Positions 8,101 through 17,364 are shown, counted from the stretch's first letter. The stretch is 49,538 nucleotides of DNA from Lachnospiraceae bacterium (GCA_016282595.1 JAEEKV010000154.1:1-49538), one strand, 5' to 3'. Notes: a model not told the origin generated them from the letters alone. Numbers and translations are program-made.

Positions 8101-8849
8101 CTATACCCAGAAGAGGTGCCATCCCACCCCTCGAACGTACTTTCTGTCTTAGTCGGATTCGGAATGCTGATCGTATAAGGCACATCAGTCAACCAGTAAT
8201 AACGCGGGAAATTCAGATTACTATATGTTCCCGCATCCCAATGATAAGAAGATAACTCATCATTGTTTGAACCTTCATAGTTAATCGCATAATATGGCTT
8301 ATAGTAAGATACATGTAATCCTACTGTCAGATACCATTCCCCCTGTTCGCCCATACTTCCGGAAAATCCAAGAGAAAGAAGCACCGGATAATCAGAGTTG
8401 TTGATATACTGCACCGGAACCTCATATTGGCTTCCGCCTGCTTTTGTGATCGATTCGCTGCCTTTTACACTAACACACTTTGTCGATGTTACATTAAAGC
8501 CAGTTCCAGCCGAATTCGAGGTACTGCCCTCAAAATCATAGGTATATGCATGTTCATCTGAAGCAGTTCCCCAATAACCAAGGGATAAGTAAGAATTTTT
8601 TCCATTTTCATTCTTAAACTCATATACCTTAAACTCAAAGGTATCCCCGGGCATAATTAGCTCACCTTCCGGATGATAACTGATATCTCCGTTTGAATCT
8701 TTTGTTGCCTCAAACACATGATGCTGCGACTTCCTGTTTTCCAGTACCGTCGGCTTCTCCACGTCCTCTGCAAACACCGCCATGGGCAGAAGTAAAGCAA
8801 ACACACATACCATCCATGACTGAAGTAAAAACCTTGAAATCCTTTTCAT
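5109..8849 (-). CDS. Large secreted surface protein with Listeria-Bacteroides (Flg_new-type) repeats and BspA-type leucine-rich repeats
   Basis: The start is trimmed to ATG 8849 (AAAGGGAGGAAGAAACAG-ATG), giving MKRISRFLLQSWMVCVFALLLPMAVFA as a signal peptide. Flg_new-type repeats include FEGWDG.., FLGWCY...LYAKW and FDGWYTEKW...FTLYAKW. LRR_5-like units include FANCTQLEEVTF, FRNCSKLKTINL, IGKNAFKDCNNIKTITI, IGDGAFQGCKKLGSFTI and VGKNAFSGCSKLKKLYI. There is no LPXTG motif; the C-terminal tail is basic. Confidence 0.85.
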   Translation of the reverse strand: MKRISRFLLQSWMVCVFALLLPMAVFAEDVEKPTVLENRKSQHHVFEATKDSNGDISYHPEGELIMPGDTFEFKVYEFKNENGKNSYLSLGYWGTASDEHAYTYDFEGSTSNSAGTGFNVTSTKCVSVKGSESITKAGGSQYEVPVQYINNSDYPVLLSLGFSGSMGEQGEWYLTVGLHVSYYKPYYAINYEGSNNDELSSYHWDAGTYSNLNFPRYYWLTDVPYTISIPNPTKTESTFEGWDGTSSGYSSKETNYTNVTVVYDADAEGVCSNQTVNKTGHITMQPIFGNGHTVIFHTNGGSINGRDKWMLEAKNVGTKDDPSYTFDLNSVIPTKKDGDTFLGWCYKKSALYGSFITKENGKDVYDYFFATNSTGMIHNLYAKWASDTKENLEKNEWELTDDGTLWLLNNKGVEKWAKARAEDTSLPGKVKTIKTGYKDENPNYISAEGVFANCTQLEEVTFTGTAVNGYYTFRNCSKLKTINLNTTGSGIHYSHSLAVGGSQFIGCDIDLTINVPEGQLEYYKNYFPDYAYLFNTDPTDHRYPLTVGDQVISDDNLSVQCGEGTATFDPQTNTLTLDHASVSGNTALHSAKIHISEDPDNYEQYKRASIISCLPDLKIVLVGENEIRADGNNYYVEDAIRAYGDLTICGEGSLKRTVLAENYKIEGVPFNDVYSLPITVLGDVAIDGATITKLYADLPETLTIKNAVIDGTSLKAAKGLSIENSLINRDTFWQGPNYPIEQTVIGTDSNLFITQSKIGDDSGQVCIDCGEKDVTIKIKNSKIYPRDMIRAGSGSTMTIENSNLQAWCKEDANLGITGATTIPVSKITLKDCAITKGAWDGESGRELAIGRTGADATGPLFLSYTVSFDTGVGSAVPSQTVNAGEKVQKPEDPTRASFTFDGWYTEKWNQKNAYDFDSKVDSDFTLYAKWTKAGTTPAHTHTADTTKWLSDADGHWHLCTAGDGFVMDKAAHTFDNGKVTKEATQAAEGEMTYTCSVCGYQEKKTIARLESKPATTEPGQQGGQQGGQDQPGTTQTAELPKAGTEVQDQTGATYVVTGTEKDETGKEVATLAYAGDEKASGKVDIPETTKLANGADAKVTEIEDSAFEKNAAVTAVTIPESVKTIGKNAFKDCNNIKTITIKGDEVTAIGDGAFQGCKKLGSFTIGKKVSKVGKNAFSGCSKLKKLYIYSTKLTKKKVGKKAFGNIYKKAVIYYPKNTTTKQLKTLKAAIKKGGAPKGIKYKKLKK

Positions 8850-9049
8850 CTGTTTCTTCCTCCCTTTACATATTACTGATTCCGTACGGCAAATCATTAT
8901 TGACTGAAACAATGGCCGCACCTGCTACAAGTATCTATATTCTACACAGTTTCGCTTCTATTTTCAATCAATTTGCTTAATCCGGGGGTTTCTTATGGGA
9001 ATATTAAGAATATCAAACGTTTAAGATACGTCGTAAGCAAAAGATGGGA

Positions 9050-9081
9050 GAAAAAAGGCGCCATCCTTTCGGATCGCGCCT
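9050..9081 (-). terminator. Rho-independent terminator downstream of the SleB-like gene
   Basis: On the minus strand: aggcgcgatcc-gaaa-ggatggcgcct (10 bp with one mismatch) followed by tttttt. Confidence 0.7.
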
Positions 9082-9104
9082 GAATCGTCTTATTTTGTTT
9101 GATC

Positions 9105-10337
9105 TTACCAGAAGGTGTGGTTTCCGATGGTGATGCCGCTGCCGCCTCTTCCGAAGTGGGTAGCACCGCCTACGTTGCTCTGTCCTGCGATGGCTGCCTC
9201 CGCTGCCTGGATGCAGGATGCGCTGGGACCGGATGCCAGAACCGCTGCCACACGACCGTTGGTTGCGGGAGGGAACTGAGAAGGCTGGGTAATAACTCCG
9301 CTGATGCTGCCGGGATAGGATCCGCTGCGTACACGGTTCATAACTACCGCACCTACTGCAAGCTGTCCTTCGTAGCCCTCACGACCTGCTTCACACTGGA
9401 TCAGTGCTGCAAGAAGTGTTACATCGGAAGCACCTGTTTCAACCGCACCGCGGTTGGTGGTGGACTTGCCACCCTTCTTAGCCTTCTTGGCCTGCTCAGC
9501 TTTCTTAGCTTCTTCCTTGGCCTTTTCCTCAGCCATGATCTGCTCCATGGTCTTACCGGAAGGAACGGAAAACTCAACATCTACATATTCACTGGCTACA
9601 TAGCCGATTTCGCCGTCATACTTTACGGAAACCCACTCACCAAGCTCTTCTACTGCACGAAGCTCCTGTCCGTCTCCTACCAGGTCGATAACGCCTGCGT
9701 CCTCGCTGGTCTCCTTACGGATTCTCAGGGTCTCTGTATTAACAGTTGCGGTAAGGGTACCTGCTTCCTTGGAAGCTGCCTCAGCCTCCTCACCGAAGAA
9801 TAAGAACTCATCCTTGGTCCAGCCTTCAAGCTCGCCGCTCTTTAACTTGGTCCAGCCGTCTCTTCTCTCAAGGAGCTCACCGCCGCAGCCTGCAAACAGC
9901 TTACCTGCGATCTCAGCGTCCTCAGAAGGCTCTACTCTGACATTTACTGCATCTTCTACATTGGCCATTACAATGACGGGCTCCTCTTCGATCTGTGCCA
10001 GATCAGCGGGTACTTCCACGTCGGTAACGATCATCTCAAGGTCTGTGGTATCTTCCTGCAGCTCGGATACGATCACTTCTTCGGAATCCTCTACAGGCTC
10101 AGCTACTTCTTCGATCTCATTGATCTGTGCTTCCTGCATTACAGTGCTTACACCTGCACTTGCTTCGAAGTCATCATCCTTTATGCTGTTAACGGAAGAA
10201 CCCATGAGAATGCATCCAACTCCCGCATGCAGACCGATCTCATCGTCTGCAACCGCCGTGATAGGCAGTAAAGCAAGAGCAGCTATCAGCATCCATGCAA
10301 TCCCTGTTCTTTTAATCTTTGTCAGCATCATTTTCAT
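9105..10337 (-). CDS. Secreted cell-wall hydrolase (SleB/CwlJ Hydrolase_2 domain) with SH3b domains
   Basis: Signal peptide MKMMLTKIKRTGIAWMLIAALALLPITAVA, followed by an acidic linker. Two SH3_3-like segments are present (VNVRVEPSEDAEIAGKL..GWTKL; LRIRKETSEDAGVIDLV..EWVSV). The C-terminus LLAALIQCEAGREGYEGQLAVGAVVMNRVRSGSYPGSISGVITQPSQF is the SleB-type hydrolase signature. Confidence 0.85.
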   Translation of the reverse strand: MKMMLTKIKRTGIAWMLIAALALLPITAVADDEIGLHAGVGCILMGSSVNSIKDDDFEASAGVSTVMQEAQINEIEEVAEPVEDSEEVIVSELQEDTTDLEMIVTDVEVPADLAQIEEEPVIVMANVEDAVNVRVEPSEDAEIAGKLFAGCGGELLERRDGWTKLKSGELEGWTKDEFLFFGEEAEAASKEAGTLTATVNTETLRIRKETSEDAGVIDLVGDGQELRAVEELGEWVSVKYDGEIGYVASEYVDVEFSVPSGKTMEQIMAEEKAKEEAKKAEQAKKAKKGGKSTTNRGAVETGASDVTLLAALIQCEAGREGYEGQLAVGAVVMNRVRSGSYPGSISGVITQPSQFPPATNGRVAAVLASGPSASCIQAAEAAIAGQSNVGGATHFGRGGSGITIGNHTFW

Positions 10338-10394
10338 CCAGTTTTTAACCCTTTTGTTGCAAAATGTTACGCATTTGTTACAAACATTAAGTGT

Positions 10395-10423
10395 ATCTTA
10401 ACAGACAAGATGAAAATTGTCAA
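10395..10423 (-). promoter_or_regulatory. Sigma-A type promoter for the SleB-like gene
   Basis: On the minus strand: TTGACA (10423-10418), a 17-nt spacer, then TAAGAT (10400-10395). This lies about 55 nt upstream of ATG 10337. Confidence 0.45.
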
Positions 10424-10477
10424 ATTTTCGACATAAAAAAAATGGGATTGTACTGCAAAAGAAACAATTTCACAGGG

Positions 10478-11281
10478 TCAGATCCCGGAATGTTGACGTT
10501 TTACTTCATATAAAAAGAGTGCGCCGCTGACAGATGCATTCAAAGACTCCACCTGACCCTCCATGGGAATGCGTACCCTAAACCGGGAGCCCTCTTTTGC
10601 GGCCTTCGACAGCCCTGCTCCCTCATTTCCGATGAGAATGGCGCATTTTTCCCCATAGGAGACCTTTGTATATTCCTCAGATCCCTCCAGACAGGCGGCG
10701 TAGGTAGAGATGCCGTGGGCATCCAGTTTTACTAAAAAAGATCGGATCTCTTCATAATAGAAGAAAGGCACTCGGAAAATAGCTCCCATGGTGGAGCGAA
10801 CCGTCTTGGGATTGAACAGATCGGCGCAGCCTGCAGATAAGAAGAGGGCGTCTGCCCCCGCTGCTTCTGAAGTGCGAAGCAGGGTACCTACATTGCCGGG
10901 ATCCTGCACGTTTTCAAGGACCAGATAGGTGTTGCCTGTCAGCAGATCTTCTATATTATAAGAAGGCTGGGTTGCCACCGCCAGAATCCCCTGGGGATGC
11001 ATGGTATCGCTCATCTTGGCAAACACGGTATCGGAAACCAAAACAGGCTCCAAGCCGGGACGGCCCTTAGTGGGGGCAGTCAGCTTTTCTATGATAGGAA
11101 GATTCTCCTTTTTTTTCGCAAAGCTTTCCGACAGATAGAGCTCCTGCAAAAGGGCTGCAGGCACCTCGGAAACCATACGGCTTCCCTCTACCACAAAGAG
11201 TCCCTTTTGTTTCCGCATCTTGCTTTGTTTGATCAAAGCCGAAACCGCCTTGATCCTGTCATTTGAAAGTGAAGTCAGCAT
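10478..11281 (-). CDS. TrmH/SpoU-family RNA 2'-O-methyltransferase (RlmB-like)
   Basis: 267 aa. SpoU motifs are LVLENVQDPGNVGTLLRTSEAAG, ILIGNEGAGLS and IPMEGQVESLNASVSGALFLYE. Confidence 0.85.
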   Translation of the reverse strand: MLTSLSNDRIKAVSALIKQSKMRKQKGLFVVEGSRMVSEVPAALLQELYLSESFAKKKENLPIIEKLTAPTKGRPGLEPVLVSDTVFAKMSDTMHPQGILAVATQPSYNIEDLLTGNTYLVLENVQDPGNVGTLLRTSEAAGADALFLSAGCADLFNPKTVRSTMGAIFRVPFFYYEEIRSFLVKLDAHGISTYAACLEGSEEYTKVSYGEKCAILIGNEGAGLSKAAKEGSRFRVRIPMEGQVESLNASVSGALFLYEVKRQHSGI

Positions 11282-11353
11282 CTATCCTTCTCCTTAAGCT
11301 CCTATCCAAGAAAACAGCCTGCCGTCAGGCAGGCCGTTGAAATCACAAAGTCC

Positions 11354-12331
11354 TTATCTGGAAAGCAGTCGGCTGATCTCGTATTCGTACTCGTCGATCT
11401 CCTTGTGCATTGCCAGTGCTTCATCAATATCGAAATCCAAAAATTTGCCGCCCTTATAGCCGATGACGCGGTTGGTCTTTCCCTCGCAGAGAATGTCCGC
11501 TGCCATCGCCCCCATGATAGAGGCGTAGAAGCGATCCTTACAGGTGGGGTTACCGCCGCGCTGCATATAGCCCAGAATGGTCGCTCTTGTCTCCACTCCT
11601 GTGGCAGCCTCGATCCGTCTTGCCATGGAGGTAGAGTGGCCGATACCCTCTGCATTGATGATGATATGATGGCTCTTTCCTTTTTTCCGGTTATCGATGA
11701 TATTGTTGATGATGGCCTGCTCGTTGTAGTCATATTTTTCCGGAAGCAGGATGTCCTCCGCGCCGTTAGCCACGCCGCACCAAAGTGCAATGTAGCCTGC
11801 GTTTCGTCCCATAACCTCAATGATGGAGCACCTCTCATGGGAGGAAGAGGTATCACGCACCTTATCAATGGCCTGCATGGCTGTGTTGATGGCTGTATCA
11901 AAGCCGATGGTATAATCGGTACAGGCGATATCCAGGTCGATGGTTCCGGGAATGCCGATGGTGTTGATGCCCTGCTTGGAAAGCGCCTGCGCGCCTCTGT
12001 AGGAGCCGTCACCGCCGATGACCACGATCCCGTCGATGCCATGCTTTCTGCAAATCTCCGCACCCTTCTTCTGTCCTTCCAAAGTACGGAACTCGCTGCA
12101 TCTTGCCGTTCCCAAAATGGTACCGCCCCGCTGGATGGTATCGGAAACGTCCTTTTTCTCCATATCTATGATCTCTTCATTTAAGAGACCCTGGTATCCC
12201 TTTTTGATCCCCTTGACCTTTACCCCGTTGCCGAGGGCCTTTCTGGCTACCGCACGGATGGCCGCGTTCATACCCGGCGCATCACCGCCGCTGGTCAGGA
12301 TTCCGATGGTCTTAATCTTTTTCTCAGCCAA
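11354..12331 (-). CDS. pfkA: ATP-dependent 6-phosphofructokinase
   Basis: IGILTSGGDAPGMNAAIRAV, VVIGGDGSYRGA and MGRNAGYIAL. The start is moved to TTG 12331 (AAGGAGGATAAAGCA-TTG, giving MAEKKIKTIG); the track ATG at 12385 has no RBS. Confidence 0.9.
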   Translation of the reverse strand: MAEKKIKTIGILTSGGDAPGMNAAIRAVARKALGNGVKVKGIKKGYQGLLNEEIIDMEKKDVSDTIQRGGTILGTARCSEFRTLEGQKKGAEICRKHGIDGIVVIGGDGSYRGAQALSKQGINTIGIPGTIDLDIACTDYTIGFDTAINTAMQAIDKVRDTSSSHERCSIIEVMGRNAGYIALWCGVANGAEDILLPEKYDYNEQAIINNIIDNRKKGKSHHIIINAEGIGHSTSMARRIEAATGVETRATILGYMQRGGNPTCKDRFYASIMGAMAADILCEGKTNRVIGYKGGKFLDFDIDEALAMHKEIDEYEYEISRLLSR

Positions 12332-12415
12332 TGCTTTATCCTCCTTGCCACAAGCAAGCCCTGCCTGCTCATTTAACAATAGCACAATCGCGCTCAGACA
12401 GTCAATTTTTTCTTT

Positions 12416-15400
12416 CTATCCCACCCTGACTGCGTCCTGTCCGAACAGGGCTCTGAGGCTTTCCAAAAGCTGGGGTGTGATCTGTACATTATAATTAGCC
12501 CCCATCTGCAGATAGGCATGCTCCGCCTCGCAGATGATCATGACCACATCCCGGCCCTCCGAGTACTTGATGGCCTCCAAAAGCTCCTGCTTTCTCTGCA
12601 CATAGGTCTGTTTATCGGGAAAGATGATCTTCAGCTGTTTTGGCATATCGGAAAAGGGAATGATCTCGGAGGCAATGAGCCTGCCGTCCTTTCCTTCCTC
12701 GATCTGCACCCGGCCCTTGATAAAGAGCTTCGGATCCCCGGAAAGGGCCTCTTTATACTTTTCAAATTCCCTGGGGAATACGATGACCTCGATACTGCCG
12801 AAAAGATCCTCCACGGTAATAAAGGCCATGACCTTGTCATTCTTGGTATATTTTACGGTCTTATCTACCAAAAGACCGCCAACTACCACATCCTGCCCGT
12901 CTTTTACGCCTCGCTGTTCCTCCTGGGTGGCCGTCGCCCCTTCTTCCTCTTCCGGGGCATAAAAATCGGTGGTCTTTGCAGAGATCCTGCGAAGCAGAAA
13001 GTCCCTTTCTTCATCCAAAGGATGGCCGCTTACATAGAAGCCCACCACTTCCTTTTCTCCTGCCAAAAGCTCGGCCTTGTCATACTCCTCTACCTTGGGC
13101 ATGGTGACGGTAAAGCTCTTTTTATCCTCCTCCGCTGCCAGATCAAAGAGGGTCATCTGACCTGCCATGGCGGATTTTTTATCCTTGGCAATCTGATCCA
13201 TGAGATCGGAATAGACGATCATAAACTGCTTGCGGTTGCCTTCAAAACAGTCAAAAGCCCCTGCCTTGATGAGATTTTCAACCACCCGCTTATTGATACC
13301 AATCTGAGAGGTCCGCATCAAAAAGTCCTGAAGATCCTTGTATTTTCCCTCCTGATCCCTAAGGGCAACAATGCCCTCAATAACAGGACGCCCTACGGAC
13401 TTAAGGGCCGTCAGGGCAAAGCGGATCTTGCCGTCCTGTACGGAAAAGCCTGCATAGGAATAGTTGACATCCGGGGGAAGGATCTCGATGCCCATCTGCT
13501 TACAGCTCTGGATGTACTCCGTTACCTTGGCGTTGTTGGTAATGACGCTGCTCATGAGAGCCGCCATAAACTCTACGGGATAGTAGTATTTCAAAAAGGC
13601 GGTCTGCATAGCCACTACGGCATAGCAGGCTGCATGGGATTTGTTAAAGGCGTATTTGGCAAAATCCATCATGTTGTCGTAGATGGTATTGGCTGCCAGC
13701 TCAGGAATCCCCTTGGATAAACAACCGGGAACTCCTTCCTCGGGATTACCGTAAACGAAGTTGGCACGCTCTTTTTCCATGACGGCCTGCTTCTTCTTAC
13801 TCATGGCTCTTCGCACCAGATCGCTTCGGCCCAGGGTATAGCCTCCCAGATCCCGCACGATCTGCATAACCTGTTCCTGATACACGATACAGCCGTAGGT
13901 AGGCTTCAAAATAGGCTCCAGCTGGGGTGTCATATAGCGCACGCTCTCAGGGTTGTTCTTTCCTTTGATATATTGGGGAATGAAATCCATGGGCCCGGGA
14001 CGATACAGTGAAATACCTGCGATAACATCCTCCAGGGACTTGGGACGAAGCTCCTTCATAAAGCTCTTCATTCCCGCACTTTCCAGCTGGAAAACGCCGT
14101 CGGTTTTTCCGGTACTGATATAAGCAAGAACCTTGGGATCATCGTAGTCGATCTTTTCCAGATCGATATCGATGCCCCGGCTTTCTTTAATAAGATTTAC
14201 GGTATCCCGGATCACGGTGAGATTCCGAAGCCCCAGAAAGTCCATCTTCAAAAGCCCCAGCTCCTCGATGGTAGTCATGGTAAACTGGGTGGTAATGCTG
14301 CCGTCTGCGCCACGGGATAAGGGAACAAACTCATCCGCACTGTCGGGACAGATCACTACACCTGCCGCATGCATGGAGCTGTGACGAGGAAGGCCCTCTA
14401 AGCGCATACACATATCCAGCACTTCGTGGGTGGTTTCGTCCGTATCGTAAAGCTGCTTCAGATCCGGATTCATGGAAAGGGCTTTCTCCAGAGTGATATT
14501 CAGCTCGTTGGGTACCATCTTCGCCAGCATATCCGCCTGGGCATAGGGAATGTCCATGGCCCGGCCCACATCCCGGATCACGCCCTTTGCAGCCATGGTA
14601 CCGAAGGTGACGATCTGGACCACCTTTTCATGGCCGTATTTATTCCTTACATAATCAATGACATCCTGGCGGCCTTCGGGACAAAAATCCACGTCAATAT
14701 CCGGCATGGTAACACGCTCGGGATTCAAAAACCGCTCGAACAGCAGGTTGTAGCGGATGGGATCGATGTCGGTGATCCGCAGGCAGTAGGAAACAATGGC
14801 TCCCGCAGCGGATCCTCTTCCGGGTCCCACGGGAATGCCATGTTGTTTTGCATAGTTGATAAAATCCCAGACAATGAGGAAGTAATCCACAAAGCCCATG
14901 TTTTTGATGGTGGAAAGCTCAAAGTCCAGCCTCTTTTTCAGGGTTCCGTCATCATTGGGATAGCGCTGCCGAAGGCCCTCGTCGCAGAGCTTGTTCAGAT
15001 AACTCCAGGAGGTTTCACCCTCAGGCACTTCAAAATGAGGGAGCTTTTGCTCGCCGAAGACGATCTCCACGTTGCAGCGCTCCGCGATCTTGGCCGTATT
15101 GTCAATGGCTTCCTGAGCGTAAGGGAAAAGAGCACGCATCTGCTCTTCGCTTTTGATAAAATACTGTCCGCCGTCGTAGCGCATACGATCCGTATCCTGG
15201 ACCTTTTTAGCCGTCTGGATGCAAAGAAGCACGTCATGGGCTTTGGCATCCTCGGCGTAGGTATAGTGAACGTCATTGGTGGCAACCAGAGGGATCCCCA
15301 GCTCCCGGCTGAAGGTAAGCAGCACGCTGTTCACCGTCTGCTGGGCGGAAATACCATGATCCTGCAGCTCCAGGAAATAGTTGCCTTCCCCGAAGATATC

Positions 15401-15886
15401 CCGATAGGTTTTGGTCATTTCCTTAGCTTCCTCAATGAGTCCCTTTTCAATGAGTCTGGGAACCTCACCTGCAAGGCAGGCCGACAGAGCGATGATACCC
15501 TTGTGGTATTTCCGAAGGATCTCCTTATCCACTCTGGGCTTATAATAATAGCCTTCCGTAAAGCCGATGGAGACGATCTTCATGAGGTTGGCATAGCCCT
15601 CCCGGTTTTCCGCCAGCAGCACCAGATGGTGATAACGCTCCTCTCCCCCGGGCTCCTTGTCAAAGCGGGAGCCGGGTGCCACATAGATCTCGCAGCCCAG
15701 GATAGGCTTGATCCCGGCTTCTTTGGCTGCCCTGTAAAAGTCAATGACACCGTACATGACACCATGATCCGTGATGGCACAGGCATCCATGCCCAGTTCC
15801 TTTACCCGGTTGACGCATTCCTTGATCTTATTGGAGCCGTCCAGGAGGCTGTATTCCGTATGTACGTGTAAGTGTGTGAACGCCAT
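12416..15886 (-). CDS. dnaE: DNA polymerase III alpha subunit (DnaE type)
   Basis: PHP domain MAFTHLHVHTEYSLLDGS, plus the polymerase core and an OB fold. The start is trimmed to ATG 15886 (GAGGATAAATTAT-ATG). Confidence 0.95.
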   Translation of the reverse strand: MAFTHLHVHTEYSLLDGSNKIKECVNRVKELGMDACAITDHGVMYGVIDFYRAAKEAGIKPILGCEIYVAPGSRFDKEPGGEERYHHLVLLAENREGYANLMKIVSIGFTEGYYYKPRVDKEILRKYHKGIIALSACLAGEVPRLIEKGLIEEAKEMTKTYRDIFGEGNYFLELQDHGISAQQTVNSVLLTFSRELGIPLVATNDVHYTYAEDAKAHDVLLCIQTAKKVQDTDRMRYDGGQYFIKSEEQMRALFPYAQEAIDNTAKIAERCNVEIVFGEQKLPHFEVPEGETSWSYLNKLCDEGLRQRYPNDDGTLKKRLDFELSTIKNMGFVDYFLIVWDFINYAKQHGIPVGPGRGSAAGAIVSYCLRITDIDPIRYNLLFERFLNPERVTMPDIDVDFCPEGRQDVIDYVRNKYGHEKVVQIVTFGTMAAKGVIRDVGRAMDIPYAQADMLAKMVPNELNITLEKALSMNPDLKQLYDTDETTHEVLDMCMRLEGLPRHSSMHAAGVVICPDSADEFVPLSRGADGSITTQFTMTTIEELGLLKMDFLGLRNLTVIRDTVNLIKESRGIDIDLEKIDYDDPKVLAYISTGKTDGVFQLESAGMKSFMKELRPKSLEDVIAGISLYRPGPMDFIPQYIKGKNNPESVRYMTPQLEPILKPTYGCIVYQEQVMQIVRDLGGYTLGRSDLVRRAMSKKKQAVMEKERANFVYGNPEEGVPGCLSKGIPELAANTIYDNMMDFAKYAFNKSHAACYAVVAMQTAFLKYYYPVEFMAALMSSVITNNAKVTEYIQSCKQMGIEILPPDVNYSYAGFSVQDGKIRFALTALKSVGRPVIEGIVALRDQEGKYKDLQDFLMRTSQIGINKRVVENLIKAGAFDCFEGNRKQFMIVYSDLMDQIAKDKKSAMAGQMTLFDLAAEEDKKSFTVTMPKVEEYDKAELLAGEKEVVGFYVSGHPLDEERDFLLRRISAKTTDFYAPEEEEGATATQEEQRGVKDGQDVVVGGLLVDKTVKYTKNDKVMAFITVEDLFGSIEVIVFPREFEKYKEALSGDPKLFIKGRVQIEEGKDGRLIASEIIPFSDMPKQLKIIFPDKQTYVQRKQELLEAIKYSEGRDVVMIICEAEHAYLQMGANYNVQITPQLLESLRALFGQDAVRVG

Positions 15887-15904
15887 ATAATTTATCCTCA
15901 ATAC

Positions 15905-15940
15905 AAAAAAGAGTGCCACCGATACTTCGGCGACACTCTC
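15905..15940 (-). terminator. Rho-independent terminator of metK
   Basis: The minus-sense RNA GAGUGUCGCCGA-AGUA-UCGGUGGCACUC forms a 12-bp stem that includes G-U pairs possible only in this sense. It is followed by UUUUUU. Confidence 0.75.
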
Positions 15941-15980
15941 AGTGTATCATAATCTGTATGTCATTTCAACGAAGGTCAAC

Positions 15981-17174
15981 TCAGATTCCGGCAGCTGCCT
16001 TCAGTGCTTCTGCCTTGTCGGTCTTCTCCCAGGGAAGGTCAATATCCAATCTGCCGAAGTGACCGTAAGCTGCGGTCTGACGATAGATAGGTCTTCTTAA
16101 ATCCAGCATCTTAATGATGCCTGCGGGTCTGAAGTCAAACTCTGCACGCAGGATTTCAGCCAGCTTCTGATCGGATAAAACGCCGGTTCCGAAGGTATCC
16201 ACCATAACGGAGGTAGGCTGAGCCACACCGATGGCGTAGGATAACTGGATCTCGCACTTTTTCGCAAGTCCTGCAGCTACCACGTTCTTAGCAGCATATC
16301 TGGCTGCATAAGCTGCGCTTCGATCCACCTTGGTGCAATCCTTTCCGGAAAAAGCGCCGCCGCCGTGACGAGCGTAGCCGCCGTAGGTATCTACGATGAT
16401 CTTACGTCCGGTAAGACCTGCATCTCCGTGAGGTCCGCCGATGACGAAACGCCCGGTAGGATTGATGAAGAACTTGGTATCTGCATCGATCATTTCCTTG
16501 GGAAGTACGGGATCAAATACGTACTTTTTGATATCCTCATGAATCTGCTCCTGGGTTACATCCGGTGCATGCTGGGTGGAAAGTACCACTGCCTCTAAAC
16601 GGATGGGCTTGCCCTCCTCATCGTATTCTACGGAAACCTGGGTCTTGCCGTCGGGACGAAGGTAAGACAGGGTGCCGTTTTTTCTGACCTCGGAAAGCTT
16701 TAAGGAAAGCTTATGTGCCAGGGAAATGGGATAGGGCATCAGCTCCGGTGTTTCATCGGTGGCATAGCCGAACATCATACCCTGATCGCCTGCGCCGATG
16801 GCTTCCAGCTCCTCGTCACTCATCTTGTTCTCTTTGGCTTCCAGCGCCTTATCAACGCCCATGGCGATATCAGCAGACTGCTGATCCAGGGCTACCAGAA
16901 CGGCACTGCTGTTGGCATCAAAGCCCATATCGCCGCCTACATAGCCGATCTCGGTGATGGTCTTCTTTACGATGGCCGGAACGTCCAGTCTTGCTTTGGT
17001 GGTGATCTCGCCGGTTACCAGAGTAAATCCGGTACATACTGTGGTCTCGCAGGCCACACGGCTCATGGGATCCTCAGCGATGCAGGCATCGAGGATGGCA
17101 TCGGAAATGGCGTCGCAGACTTTGTCGGGATGCCCTTCGGTTACGGATTCGGAAGTGAATAATCTTTTTTCCAT
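15981..17174 (-). CDS. metK: S-adenosylmethionine synthetase
   Basis: [28 protein letters not shown] and GGGAFSGKD. Confidence 0.95.
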   Translation of the reverse strand: MEKRLFTSESVTEGHPDKVCDAISDAILDACIAEDPMSRVACETTVCTGFTLVTGEITTKARLDVPAIVKKTITEIGYVGGDMGFDANSSAVLVALDQQSADIAMGVDKALEAKENKMSDEELEAIGAGDQGMMFGYATDETPELMPYPISLAHKLSLKLSEVRKNGTLSYLRPDGKTQVSVEYDEEGKPIRLEAVVLSTQHAPDVTQEQIHEDIKKYVFDPVLPKEMIDADTKFFINPTGRFVIGGPHGDAGLTGRKIIVDTYGGYARHGGGAFSGKDCTKVDRSAAYAARYAAKNVVAAGLAKKCEIQLSYAIGVAQPTSVMVDTFGTGVLSDQKLAEILRAEFDFRPAGIIKMLDLRRPIYRQTAAYGHFGRLDIDLPWEKTDKAEALKAAAGI

Positions 17175-17193
17175 GGAATTCTCCTTTATACAT

Positions 17194-17347
17194 TAAAAAA
17201 GGTCCGCCATAAGCGGACCGAGTTACCATTGTGACTAAGTCCCCTTATTGTTCAACGCCGTAGCATTGCTCAGGTTGGCACCTTCCCTTGCGGGGGTTGC
17301 CGTGGCTTCACAGATCCTATGTATCTCCACCACTCTGAATAAGAGAA
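17194..17347 (-). promoter_or_regulatory. SAM-I (S-box) riboswitch with terminator expression platform, controlling metK
   Basis: The minus sense reads CTCTTATTCAGAGTGGTGGAGATACATAGGATCTGTGAAGCCACGGCAACC..GGTGCCAACCTGAGCAA..GAACAATAAGGGG, matching S-box conserved blocks and the P1 pairing. A terminator follows: GGTCCGC-TTATG-GCGGACC plus TTTTTT (17195-17219). Confidence 0.85.
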
Positions 17348-17364
17348 ATTCTATTCCAACCACG

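Noticed and set aside
3212-8849. Diversity-generating retroelement (the order target protein, small protein, non-coding repeat, RT mimics target-Avd-TR-RT)
   Set aside because: By eye I found no copy of the 4415-4606 sequence (a would-be TR) at the 3' end of the 163-aa gene or of the LRR-protein gene. The candidate region is not adenine/AAC-rich. The RT motif 4 (GTPQSSFFAN) lacks the DGR-type SQ signature, and the 163-aa protein is acidic rather than Avd-like. A computational TR/VR search over the whole genome would still be worthwhile.
8850-8921. N-terminal extensions given by the ORF track: 24 codons for the LRR protein, 18 for pfkA, 11 for dnaE, 14 for the coiled-coil protein, 49 for ppiB, 11 for dagK, 10 for the NYN protein and 7 for carD
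   Set aside because: The internal starts have canonical Shine-Dalgarno sequences at 5-10 nt and reproduce the conserved N-termini or signal peptides of the families. The upstream ATGs lack an RBS.
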